Of a stretch of 43,909 nucleotides of DNA, positions 28,835 to 38,027 are shown one piece after another (the stretch's first letter is position 1; every line of letters begins with the position of its first letter). Origin of the DNA: Nitrospinota bacterium (GTDB lineage Bacteria; UBA8248); NCBI GenBank assembly GCA_046581755.1, contig JAYGFR010000283.1:1-43909 (forward strand). Reading direction: 5' to 3'. The translations under genes were made by a program, and so were the position numbers. A model generated the notes under the pieces. The model saw nothing but the letters and a program-made list of their open reading frames with translations, ran no database searches and was not told where the DNA came from.

Positions 28835-29202
28835 TTAATGGGGGACGCGGACCTGCCTGGTTTTTCCGCCCCAGCCCGCGGCGGAGTCGCGGGCGTCCAC
28901 GACGACCTGGCGCACCTCGGGCGGGATTTTCACCCCGGTAAGGGAGCGGGTGAAGGGCTGCTCGTTCACATGGGGGTGGTAGAGAATCCGGGTGCCGAGG
29001 ACCTGGTTGTCCAGCGTTTTGACGCGGAAGGCGTTGGCATACTCTTTCCATCCGGTATCGGGAGAGGAGATGGTCACGTCGAAGCGGAACACGCCGGGCG
29101 CCGTCCGGGTGGCGCGAACCTGGAGAACGTCGGCGTGGACGCGCTGGCCCATGAAAAAAAAACTGTCGAAATTGATGCGGCCATAAATCCGGCTTTCTTC
29201 AT
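28835..29202 (-). CDS. Small exported protein (HPH motif) whose signal peptide is out of frame at a T9 run
   Basis: Mature part DVLQV...FRFDVTISSPDTGWKEYAN...LGTRILYHPHVNEQPFTRSL. The RBS-led ATG at 29202 (MKKAGFMAASISTVFF) is 50 nt from the in-frame ATG at 29152, so it needs one extra base. Confidence 0.7.
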
Positions 29203-29353
29203 CCTTATCTCTCCTGTTCCATTCTCGATACTCGCGGCTGCCCCTGCCGTTTCATCCTACCACAGTGGATCGCGCGCTTTGCGGGGGGCGTTCGTTGCCC
29301 CCGCCCTGTGGCCGGGGTAGAATCTTTCGAAATTCGACAAGGGAGGCTTTCTG

Positions 29354-30202
29354 GTGGCCAACATGACATCGCAAGACAAATTAGAGAGGGTGCGCGCCAT
29401 CCTCCGGGAGATGGATGGGGTGATCGTCGCCTTCTCGGGCGGGGTGGACAGCGCTTTTCTTTGCGCCCTCGCGCAGGACATTTTGGGCGGGCGGGCGTTG
29501 GCCGTGACGGGGCGCTCGGTAACGCTCGCGCAATCGGAGTATGAGGATGCGATCAAGGTCACCCGGCAGATCGGGATTCGCCACCGAATCGTGGATACGG
29601 CTGAAATCCAGGTAGAGTCGTTCGGGAACAATCCTCCAAACCGTTGTTATTATTGTAAAAATGAACTTTACTCCCTTCTCCGCTCTATCGCCGGGGAAGA
29701 GGGTCTACCCCACATCATCGACGGCTCGAACGCGGACGATACCGGGGATCACCGCCCGGGCATGAAAGCGGCCCGGGAGCTGGGGGTGCGGAGCCCGTTG
29801 ATGGAGGCGGGAATGGGGAAGGCGGAGATTCGAGATTTTTCCCGGAGGTTCGGCCTGCCGACCTGGGACAAACCGGCGATGGCCTGCCTGTCGAGCCGGA
29901 TTCCGTACGGGGAGAAGATCACGCCCGAAAAATTATCCCAGGTCGAGCGCGCCGAGGCCGCTCTCCGGGCCATTGGGTTTCGAGAAATACGGGTTCGGCA
30001 CCACGGTGACGTCGCGCGAATCGAAATCCCGCGCGGGGAGATTCCCGCCCTGTTCTCCAACGGGCAGGCCGAGGATGTGGTCCGTTGCGTCAAGGAGGCG
30101 GGATTTGTGTACGTGGCGCTCGATATGGAAGGGTTCCGCTCGGGAAGCATGAACGAAGTGCTCTCCGGCCGGAAGCCGATTCCGGTGCCCGTCCTGCCGT
30201 GA
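29354..30202 (+). CDS. larE: NPN-cofactor sulfur transferase LarE (PP-loop, CxxC+C type)
   Basis: AFSGGVDS, NPPNRCYYCK, DGSNADD.GDHRPG, SPLMEAG, TWDKPAMACLSSRIPYG, RVRHHG..ARIE, GFRSGSMN. Confidence 0.93.
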   Translation: MANMTSQDKLERVRAILREMDGVIVAFSGGVDSAFLCALAQDILGGRALAVTGRSVTLAQSEYEDAIKVTRQIGIRHRIVDTAEIQVESFGNNPPNRCYYCKNELYSLLRSIAGEEGLPHIIDGSNADDTGDHRPGMKAARELGVRSPLMEAGMGKAEIRDFSRRFGLPTWDKPAMACLSSRIPYGEKITPEKLSQVERAEAALRAIGFREIRVRHHGDVARIEIPRGEIPALFSNGQAEDVVRCVKEAGFVYVALDMEGFRSGSMNEVLSGRKPIPVPVLP

Positions 30203-30957
30203 ACCCCCAGGACTTGCAATCGCTTCTCGAGCGCGTGCGTGCGGGAGAGATTTCGCCCGGCGAGGCGGCTGGACACCTTCGCAAGCTGCCCTTCGAAAAC
30301 CTGGGCCACACCCGGGTGGATCATCACAGAAACCTGCGGACCGGATCCCCCGAGGTGATTTACGGGGAAGGAAAATCTCCCACACAGGTGGTGGAGATTG
30401 CGCAATCGCTGGCGAAGAGCCGCCAAACCGTCGTCGTGACGCGCGCCACGCCCGACCAGGCCGATGCGGTGCAAGAAGCCTTGCCCGGGGCCGTTCACCA
30501 TGCCGAGGCGCGGATGATCGTTGTGGCCCAGTCCCCGCCCCCCGCCCGGACCGGGTGCATATCCGTCGTCTCCGCCGGAACGGCCGATATGCCCATTGCG
30601 GAAGAGGCCGCCGTTACCGCCGAATCCTTGGGCTCCAATGTCCAGCGCATCTACGATGCCGGCGTCGCCGGGCTCCATCGGCTTTTGGCGGAACTGGACT
30701 CGCTCCACAGCTCGAACGTCATCGTCGCCGTGGCGGGCATGGAAGGCGCCCTGCCATCGGTGGTTGCAGGCTTGGTGGGCGCGCCTGTCATCGCCGTTCC
30801 CACCTCGGTGGGCTACGGCGCGAGCCTCGGCGGGCTGACCGCCCTCTTCGCGATGCTGACCTCATGCTCAGACGGCATTTCGGTCGTCAACATCGACAAT
30901 GGTTTCGGCGCGGGCTGCCAGGCCCACCTCATCAACCGGCTGGCTTCGAAACCATGA
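30199..30957 (+). CDS. larB: NPN-cofactor biosynthesis carboxylase/hydrolase LarB
   Basis: VDHHRNLRTGSPEVIYGEGK, SAGTAD..IAEEA, DAGVAGLHRL, AGMEGALPSVV, VPTSVGYG, VVNIDNGFGAG. The GTG overlaps the larE stop. Confidence 0.95.
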   Translation: MNPQDLQSLLERVRAGEISPGEAAGHLRKLPFENLGHTRVDHHRNLRTGSPEVIYGEGKSPTQVVEIAQSLAKSRQTVVVTRATPDQADAVQEALPGAVHHAEARMIVVAQSPPPARTGCISVVSAGTADMPIAEEAAVTAESLGSNVQRIYDAGVAGLHRLLAELDSLHSSNVIVAVAGMEGALPSVVAGLVGAPVIAVPTSVGYGASLGGLTALFAMLTSCSDGISVVNIDNGFGAGCQAHLINRLASKP

Positions 30958-32192
30958 AAACCATCTATTTCGATTGTTTCGCCGGGGCGAGCGGTGACAT
31001 GCTCCTGGGGGCGATGCTCGATCTGGGCCTTTCCCTGGACGCTCTGAAAGAGCATCTCGGCAAACTCGATTTGGCCGGCTACGATATTACTCTTGAGCCG
31101 GTCGTGAAATGCGGTGTGACCGCGAAGCAATTCCGGGTCAAAACCCACCCCGCTCAAAGCGGCGGCGGCGCCCATCACATAGGAAGTCCGGCCACCCATG
31201 GGCGCTCCCTGAAGACCATCGAGCGGATCATCGGGGAAGCGCAAATCCCGCCTCGGCCGCGGGAACGGGCGCTCAAGGCCTTTCGGCGGCTTGGAGCCGT
31301 GGAGGCCGGCGTCCACGGGGTTCCGGTGGAATCGGTCCATTTTCACGAAATCGGCGCGATCGATTCCATCGTCGATATCACCGGATATTTCCTCGCCCTC
31401 GAACTCATGGATATCGAAAGGGTTGTCTCCTCCCCCCTTCCGCCCGGAAAAGGATTCGTCCAGACCGCCCACGGGCGAATGCCTGTGCCGGCTCCCGCGA
31501 CCGCCAAACTCCTGGAAGGAATCCCCGTCGCCGATAACGGGATGGAGGGCGAGATCCTGACGCCAACGGGGGTGCTCCTTCTCTCGGAGAGCGCCGAAGC
31601 CTTCCAGGCAATGCCCTCGATGACGGTCACCGCCGTCGGCCATGGCGCGGGAGAAAAGGAGCAGTCCATTCCCAATATTGTGCGCGCTTTTTGGGGTGAA
31701 GGCGGCACGGTCCCGCTCGCCGCCTCTCAGCCGGATACGATTTCCATCCTGGAAACCAATATCGACGATATGAGCGCGGAAATTTTTCCCCACGTCATCG
31801 AAGGGCTCATGTCGCGTGGCGCTCTGGACGCATTCGTCATCCCCACCATCGGGAAAAAAGGGCGGCCCGCCTCCCTACTTACCGCCTTGTGCCCAACAGA
31901 GAAACACGATGCCCTTATTCTCTATTTATTCCAGGAAACGACGACCCTTGGTGTTCGCCACAGGATATCCGCGAGAACAACTGCGGAGCGCGACTGGATA
32001 GATGTGAAACTTCCCTGGGGGCAGGTCCGGGTGAAGCGGGCGCGTTATCAGGGACGGGCCGTCAATCTCGCTCCGGAATTCGAGGATTGCCGGAATTTGG
32101 CCGAATCGGCCGACGTTCCACTAAAAGAGGTCCTGAATGCGGCTGCCGCCTGCGCGAGGCGCATTTTGACGGGAGAGCAGGAGAAGCCGTGA
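30954..32192 (+). CDS. larC: NPN-cofactor nickel insertase LarC (single full-length ORF)
   Basis: YFDCFAGASGDMLLGA, VHFHEIGAIDSIVDI, HGRMPVPAPAT, TPTG, LETNIDD, KKGRP, ETTTLGVR, APEFEDC. The ATG overlaps the larB stop. Confidence 0.95.
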   Translation: MKTIYFDCFAGASGDMLLGAMLDLGLSLDALKEHLGKLDLAGYDITLEPVVKCGVTAKQFRVKTHPAQSGGGAHHIGSPATHGRSLKTIERIIGEAQIPPRPRERALKAFRRLGAVEAGVHGVPVESVHFHEIGAIDSIVDITGYFLALELMDIERVVSSPLPPGKGFVQTAHGRMPVPAPATAKLLEGIPVADNGMEGEILTPTGVLLLSESAEAFQAMPSMTVTAVGHGAGEKEQSIPNIVRAFWGEGGTVPLAASQPDTISILETNIDDMSAEIFPHVIEGLMSRGALDAFVIPTIGKKGRPASLLTALCPTEKHDALILYLFQETTTLGVRHRISARTTAERDWIDVKLPWGQVRVKRARYQGRAVNLAPEFEDCRNLAESADVPLKEVLNAAAACARRILTGEQEKP

Positions 32193-32431
32193 AAATCCAG
32201 CTCCGCCTCTATGCGGATTTCGAGGAGAAAATGCCGTCCACGTTGGAGGAGGACGGCTCGGCCAGCATTGAATTTGAGAAAGGCGCAGAGGTGAAGGACA
32301 TCCTGGATCGATACAAAATTTCCTATGAGGACGCTTACGTCATTCTCCTGAACGGCCGCCACGCAAAAAAAGAAACGCTCCTCATCGAAGGCGCTGAGCT
32401 TTGCATATTCCCGCCGGTTGTCGGCGGTTAG
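32189..32431 (+). CDS. ThiS/MoaD-family sulfur-carrier protein, 80 aa
   Basis: KIQLRLYA...ILLNG...IFPPVVGG* ubiquitin-like fold ending in Gly-Gly. The GTG overlaps the larC stop (GTGA) and follows an AGGAG RBS. Confidence 0.88.
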   Translation: MKIQLRLYADFEEKMPSTLEEDGSASIEFEKGAEVKDILDRYKISYEDAYVILLNGRHAKKETLLIEGAELCIFPPVVGG

Positions 32432-32435
32432 AAAG

Positions 32436-32897
32436 CTATTCTTTCCGAGCGACCATCAATACAAATTCACCTTCCTGGACGGTCTCTTCATTTTGATTCA
32501 TCAATTTTATGCCCAGGGTGACCAGACCCTGCCCCTTGTTTGTCAGCCGGGTCATTTTCACTTCGACTTTCGCATGAACCGTATCATCGAACATGATTGG
32601 TTTTCGAAACCGCATCTCAACGCCCATGAAAGCCTCAACCGTACCCTCTAGGATACCCAGCCGGGTGATAAGTCCGGACAGATAGGAGAGCCCCAAAAGG
32701 CCATGCGCGATGCGGTCGCCGAAGGGCGACTTTGATGCGGCCTCGGCGTCCGTATGCAGGTAGGTGTAATCCCCGGTAAGCCCCGCGAACGCAGTGACAT
32801 CCGCCTCCCCGATGGTCCGCGCGGCCGTTTCCCAAATGCGGCCCGCCTCAAAATCTTCAAAGTACAGGCCCGTTGGAGCATTGCCCACAACCAGCAA
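32436..32897 (-). CDS. MaoC-family dehydratase
   Basis: YFEDF, RTIGEADVTAFAGLTGDYTYLHTD, PFGDRIAHGLL, RFRKPIMFDDT. Confidence 0.88.
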   Translation of the reverse strand: MLVVGNAPTGLYFEDFEAGRIWETAARTIGEADVTAFAGLTGDYTYLHTDAEAASKSPFGDRIAHGLLGLSYLSGLITRLGILEGTVEAFMGVEMRFRKPIMFDDTVHAKVEVKMTRLTNKGQGLVTLGIKLMNQNEETVQEGEFVLMVARKE

Positions 32898-32932
32898 GCC
32901 TCCCGGTAAAATTCATTTCAGCTAGATTCGGG

Positions 32933-33769
32933 CTAGCGAATCCGGAAGCGGTAAATGATCTGGCCCCACTCCTCGCGCGGGGGCTCATCATGGCGAAGTG
33001 CGGTGAAGCGCCACTGCCTCAGATTATTTCCCGCGATTGCCTCTAGATACGCGCTACCCTTTCGGATGGGAACCACACGCCCCACCGTGCCGTCGGACAA
33101 GACCCAAAACCGAAGTTCAATGTCACCCGAGGATTCGAGATTCTTCACTATCGGCGGCGGGGGACGGAAAACGATTCTTCTCGCGGCGGCAGGTCCGCGA
33201 ATGGATTGCCGCCCGGTCCCCGCACCGCCCACTAGCGCGTATTTGGATACTTCTCTTTCGAAATCTCGAATTTCTCCCCTGCCCAACCCAGCCAACGGAT
33301 TTTTCCCTGGAATCAGACTCTTCCCCGCTCCCGGCTTACCGAGTGGGAGGAAAACCTCTTCGGGCGTGACAGAGGAATTTTCCTTTTTCTGAAATGCAAG
33401 CATGTCCAAAGGCGTCACCGGCTGCGGCATGTTCAGTCCCGGCATACCAGCTGCCAAAATGCTCCTTGGAATATTCCGGGGCGGCGGAATTTTATGTTCT
33501 ACATTAATTTTTGGATTGGATTTTTCCAGCCCCCTCCCTTTCTTTATCAACAAACGCTTCAAATCGAGGGGTTCAGGCTGGGAAACCTCCGGAATGGGTT
33601 TGGGGCGGAGAGCATCGGGAATCGGCACTACGCGGCGAAGCATCTTCACTTCAATGGAATCTTCTGGAATTTCCTCGATTAGAATCGGACGAATTCCGGG
33701 ACCAAAAATAAATAGCGCCGCATGAACGACCATAGACAACACCATCGCGGATATCAGTGTGCCACTCAT
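32933..33769 (-). CDS. TonB-like energy transducer
   Basis: N-terminal TM with SMVVH (SxxxH motif), Pro-rich periplasmic linker, C-terminal domain GDIELRFWVLSDGTV...LRQWRF. Confidence 0.8.
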   Translation of the reverse strand: MSGTLISAMVLSMVVHAALFIFGPGIRPILIEEIPEDSIEVKMLRRVVPIPDALRPKPIPEVSQPEPLDLKRLLIKKGRGLEKSNPKINVEHKIPPPRNIPRSILAAGMPGLNMPQPVTPLDMLAFQKKENSSVTPEEVFLPLGKPGAGKSLIPGKNPLAGLGRGEIRDFEREVSKYALVGGAGTGRQSIRGPAAARRIVFRPPPPIVKNLESSGDIELRFWVLSDGTVGRVVPIRKGSAYLEAIAGNNLRQWRFTALRHDEPPREEWGQIIYRFRIR

Positions 33770-33805
33770 CGCCTGCCTCCGTTTCCGTCTTGGCTGGAAG
33801 AGGAG

Positions 33806-34225
33806 CTATTTCTTCTCTTTTGGCCGCCTGGTGGGCGAGGTCGCTATGGCAATCCGATCCGCCCCGGCTTGTTTGGCGACGTCCATCACCCGAACCACGA
33901 AGCCGTGCGGAACGTCGCGATCCGCACGGAGAATCAGAGCCGCTCCGCGTTGGAACTTGAGTTCATTTTCGAGGCGTCCCCAAAGTGCTTTGAACTGGAC
34001 AAGCTCGTTGTTGAGGAATACCCGCTTGTCCTTTGCAATGATTAAAATCAGATCCTTCCGGGCGGGCTGCTCGGATGTTACGGTTCGCGGGAGTTGAACC
34101 TTGATTCCAGGCTGAAGAATGAAAGAAGAACTCAGAACGAAAAAAAGGAGCAAAAGGAAAATTATGTCGATCATCGCAGTCATACCCGGTTCAGCCTGAA
34201 TGCGTTTGCGTTCCCTGATTTTCAT
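33806..34225 (-). CDS. exbD: ExbD/TolR-family protein
   Basis: MTAMIDIIFLLLLFF, IKVQLP, LRADRDVPHG.VVRVMDVAKQAG. Confidence 0.88.
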   Translation of the reverse strand: MKIRERKRIQAEPGMTAMIDIIFLLLLFFVLSSSFILQPGIKVQLPRTVTSEQPARKDLILIIAKDKRVFLNNELVQFKALWGRLENELKFQRGAALILRADRDVPHGFVVRVMDVAKQAGADRIAIATSPTRRPKEKK

Positions 34226-34226
34226 G

Positions 34227-34826
34227 TCATCTCTTTAGCATATCGACGAGACGGAAAGAATATTTTTCCATTTCAAGAATCAGCCGGTCGGATTTGATGG
34301 TGAAATAATTATAAAAAATAAGCGCCGGAATGGCGACGACAAGCCCCGATGCAGTCGTGATCAGGGCCTCGCTGATGCCGCCGGCCAGTTGGCTGGGATG
34401 GGCTATGCCTTTTTCGCTAATGACGGTGAATGTTCGAATCATTCCGAATACCGTTCCCGTAAGCCCGAGCAGCGGGGACACTGCCGCGATGGTTCCGAGC
34501 ATGCCCAGATAGCGATCCAGGGTAGGGACTTCCTGCCTGGCTGCATCCTCGACGATGGTTTTGAGTTCTTCCCGGTCCCGATCATGATTCATGATAGCAG
34601 AAAGAAGAATTCGTCCCATCACCGAGGGCTGCCGCCGACAAACGGTCATCGCCTCCCCGATTTGGTTATCAGCGAGAAGCTCCTTCACCCGCTGAAGAAT
34701 ATCGAGACGAAGGATGCGGTTGGTTCTAAGACTGAATGAACGCTCCAAAATGATCGCTAAGGTAATGACAGAGAATATCCCCAATGGAATCATTATCACG
34801 CCTCCGCGAGCCAAAAAATCAATCAT
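34227..34826 (-). CDS. exbB: MotA/TolQ/ExbB proton-channel protein
   Basis: GGVIMIPL, LGTIAAVSPLLGLTGTVFGMI..F, LAGGISEALITTASGLVVAIP. Confidence 0.9.
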   Translation of the reverse strand: MIDFLARGGVIMIPLGIFSVITLAIILERSFSLRTNRILRLDILQRVKELLADNQIGEAMTVCRRQPSVMGRILLSAIMNHDRDREELKTIVEDAARQEVPTLDRYLGMLGTIAAVSPLLGLTGTVFGMIRTFTVISEKGIAHPSQLAGGISEALITTASGLVVAIPALIFYNYFTIKSDRLILEMEKYSFRLVDMLKR

Positions 34827-34895
34827 CGCGGTCCATCCTTTCATTCATCGAAAGAGGAAAATGCATCAGAAAAATTGCGAAACGTATAAATCCTC

Positions 34896-37800
34896 CTACC
34901 GGCGGGAGCCCGTCTTTTTCATAAGACGCGCAACCGCATCCTCGGCCACTTTTCGCATCGCACCCTTGGGGGCAACCAGCCGCATTTTCTGAAAAATGCG
35001 AAGTGCAGTCGTATGCCTTCCGGCTCTTTCATACAATTCGCCCGCCCGCGCGAGCGCTCGCGTAATCCATATTGTCTGCTTTGGATACCGATAGGTCAAC
35101 TTGAGAAATTCCGACGCCGCCATCCGGTCCCCTCGACGGGAAAGGAGGACTGCCCGGCTGTATTGGGCCTCCGCCGCCACTTTGGGATCGTCCGACAAAA
35201 GAGCGAACTTTAGAGCCTTGGCCGCATCATCGAGTTTCCCCTGCTTTGAAAGCAAGGCCGCCAAAAGAAGGGCGGAGGTAGTTTGAAGCCCGCTGCCCCT
35301 GATTCTTGAATCCTCAACCACCTTCTTCAGGTAAATTACCGCTGTGGCACCATCGCCGAGCTTTGCCGCACAGCGGCCCGCCTCAAATAATGCAACCGGA
35401 ATGTAATTGTGCCCGGGGTAGCGCCTGATAAATTTCCCTAGCCTCTCTTTGGCCTCGGCGCACCGGCCCACACTTGCCAAAGATTCGGCTATCCCAAAAA
35501 CAGCGTCTGCACGCAACGGGCTCTGGGGATATCGGGCAATCAGCGACTCATATGTATCGAGGGTCGCATCCAGCTTATTCCGGCGTTTGTGGATGTTCGC
35601 GATTCGCAACAAGGCCTGGGCGGCCAAACGGTTCGACCCATGGCGAGTAAGCAACTCCCGGTAGGTGCGAAGAGCGGCGTCATAATCTCCCTGCGCCAGG
35701 AGAATTTCCCCCATTTGGAAACCTAGGGAAATAGCGAGTTCATCACCCCCGTATTTTCCAATAAACTTCGTGGACTCCGAAAAGAACATTGGATAATCCT
35801 TTTGCCGCAAACGGGTCAATATCAGGCCATATTCCGCATCCCTCCGTCGAGGATGTTTCGGGAAGCGGTTTATCATCAAGCGATACGCACGATCAGCCTG
35901 CGAGTAGCGGCCTTCATTGTAGAAAGCATCCCCGACGCGCAAATACGCTACCGCAACAAGGGGCGACTTGGAATGGCGTTCGGAAAAATCCAACAATTGG
36001 TTGCGAGCAATGGCGTAGCGCCCCTGCTGAAACAAAATTAGCGCTATCCAGAATTCCACCTCAGAAGCGGCGGCGCTTTTGGGGTATTTTTTTAGATATC
36101 GCGTGAAAATATCGGTAGCTTCGTCAAGCCGGTATCTTCGGAAAAGAAGTTTTCCTTTTTCGAGAAGCGCCTCTCTCGCAACATCCTCGCCGGCAAATCC
36201 CTTTTCAATTCGCTCAAACGCGCGGAGGGCCCCCGCATAATCGCCTAGATTGAATCGAGCCTCCCCCGCACGGGCAAGTGCCTCAGCGGCAAGGGGACCG
36301 CGCGGCTTCATCGTAAATATGCGGTCGAATACAACGGCTGCCTGCTTCCACTCTTTTTTTCTGTAATGAATCCAGGCAAGAGCCGCCTGGGCCCGGTACC
36401 ATTCATCCGAATTTCGGGGAATTTTTTTTAAGGCGCGGCGAGCCAGGTCAAGAGCCCCTGCTTCAAACGCCGCCTCTCCATACCAAAGAGCGGCCTCATC
36501 ATCCGAGGCCTTAGCATTCTTTGAGGCTCCTGCGAAAAAAGCCCAATGGTTGAGCACTTCCTGCGCTCCCGCGTAGTCTTTCAATCGAAAAGCGGCAAAT
36601 GCGGTCGCCATGGCTGCCGAGCGGGCAACGCTGCTTTCGGCCCCGCGCAACCTCTTTCCCACAGGCGGCTTCTCGGCTCCTGACCTCAAGATACCGAAGG
36701 CTTCTCTCACTTTTCCCAGATGGTACAAGCTTAATCCTTCAATGATTCGCCCAAGGCGGTATATGCGTCCCAATGGGTGATTATCGCTAACGGATGCAGC
36801 GAGTTCTTGCGCCTTTTGGTAGTCGCGCTCCCGAAATAGAGCCCATGCCGTTTGAAGTTGCAAAGGTGCGATCTGATCGCTTCCAGGATACTTTTGGGAA
36901 AATTCTTTTAGCAGGCGCTTCGCCTTGGCCGAGTTGGTCTCAATTTGCGCGGCGAGTGCGCCTGCCTCGGCGGACTGCACAAGCTGGTGACCTGGATGCC
37001 TTCGAAAGAAGAGGGCAAAGGCGTGGCCCGCTTCTTCCGTCTTCCCGAGAAGAAGGCGCGACCACCCCACTCCGTTGAGTGCCTCACCCAACAGATCAGA
37101 ATCTTTCTTTCCTCTCGGGGTACGAGTCGATTCAGCCTGCAGGTATGCCTTTTCGGCGCTTGAAAGGTTCCCTGCCATTAAATGTAAATGACCTATCGAT
37201 ACAAGGGCTTTTAGGGCATGCGGATTTTTCTCCACCGCCAATATCCGGAGAACTTCTATCGCCCGCCGATGGGCACCCAACTTGATATGGGCCCAAGCTC
37301 TGAGAAAATGCGCCTCGGCTGATGCAAACCCGCCCAGCGGCCATTTCCCCGAATCGAGCCATCGCAAACACGCCTCGTACTCCCTTTCCTCGCAATGGTT
37401 CGCGGCAAGCGCGTACCGGGCAGCCGCCCGATAGCGGCCGGCCGATGAGGAATTCATTTTCAAGAGACTTTTTCTCCCTTGAATGCTCTCCTCCCGCCGG
37501 CCAAGTTTCATCAAAGTCTCAGCTGCCCAAAACTGAGCAGCTGCCTTCAAGCGAAGCGATTTCGCCAATTTCAAAGTTTCGTCAAACAAGGCAAGTGCCT
37601 CGACGGGTGCATTCTTTTTCAAGTAGGCCAAACCGCTCTCGAATACCTTCTTTACGTCCCCAAAGAGACGCGAAAAAGTGCCTGAAATCTCGGTCAACTC
37701 CGGGTCCGGATCATCTTCCGGGGGAATCGGACGGGGAAGAAAGGGTATTTCCGGAATAGCCGCACGGGGAAAAATTTTCGGAATCCGGATCCCAAGCTGG

Positions 37801-38027
37801 CTAGGCGGGGTGGGGCGGACACGCTGGGCAATGAGCCGCTCGATATTGGGCGACTCAATGACAACCTCCGGAAGGGAAACGGAGAGTTTTTTCCCGGACG
37901 TATCTTCCGCACCAAATACGGCGCCTCCATAAATTCCGAGGACGAAGATGAAAAATACGGCCCGAATTCGAGGGATGACCCCAAATGTAAATTTGCGCTG
38001 CCGAACCGAGTCTCTCATTGTCATCAC
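34896..38027 (-). CDS. Large exported tetratricopeptide-repeat protein (about 1040 aa)
   Basis: N-terminal hydrophobic signal segment and Pro-rich linker, then many BamD/CpoB-style TPRs (YPKS..A, FP.HP, A.LR.GD motifs). Confidence 0.8.
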   Translation of the reverse strand: MMTMRDSVRQRKFTFGVIPRIRAVFFIFVLGIYGGAVFGAEDTSGKKLSVSLPEVVIESPNIERLIAQRVRPTPPSQLGIRIPKIFPRAAIPEIPFLPRPIPPEDDPDPELTEISGTFSRLFGDVKKVFESGLAYLKKNAPVEALALFDETLKLAKSLRLKAAAQFWAAETLMKLGRREESIQGRKSLLKMNSSSAGRYRAAARYALAANHCEEREYEACLRWLDSGKWPLGGFASAEAHFLRAWAHIKLGAHRRAIEVLRILAVEKNPHALKALVSIGHLHLMAGNLSSAEKAYLQAESTRTPRGKKDSDLLGEALNGVGWSRLLLGKTEEAGHAFALFFRRHPGHQLVQSAEAGALAAQIETNSAKAKRLLKEFSQKYPGSDQIAPLQLQTAWALFRERDYQKAQELAASVSDNHPLGRIYRLGRIIEGLSLYHLGKVREAFGILRSGAEKPPVGKRLRGAESSVARSAAMATAFAAFRLKDYAGAQEVLNHWAFFAGASKNAKASDDEAALWYGEAAFEAGALDLARRALKKIPRNSDEWYRAQAALAWIHYRKKEWKQAAVVFDRIFTMKPRGPLAAEALARAGEARFNLGDYAGALRAFERIEKGFAGEDVAREALLEKGKLLFRRYRLDEATDIFTRYLKKYPKSAAASEVEFWIALILFQQGRYAIARNQLLDFSERHSKSPLVAVAYLRVGDAFYNEGRYSQADRAYRLMINRFPKHPRRRDAEYGLILTRLRQKDYPMFFSESTKFIGKYGGDELAISLGFQMGEILLAQGDYDAALRTYRELLTRHGSNRLAAQALLRIANIHKRRNKLDATLDTYESLIARYPQSPLRADAVFGIAESLASVGRCAEAKERLGKFIRRYPGHNYIPVALFEAGRCAAKLGDGATAVIYLKKVVEDSRIRGSGLQTTSALLLAALLSKQGKLDDAAKALKFALLSDDPKVAAEAQYSRAVLLSRRGDRMAASEFLKLTYRYPKQTIWITRALARAGELYERAGRHTTALRIFQKMRLVAPKGAMRKVAEDAVARLMKKTGSRR

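Noticed and set aside
30555..30953. Long N-terminal extensions in the ORF track for larC (also larB from 30085, the ThiS-like gene from 31889, and apbC from 11597)
   Set aside because: Family motifs begin at the downstream starts, which have RBSs or stop-start overlaps; the extensions overlap neighbouring genes or promoter regions.
30954..32192. Programmed frameshift in larC as in L. plantarum
   Set aside because: The LarC1 and LarC2 parts lie in one uninterrupted frame.
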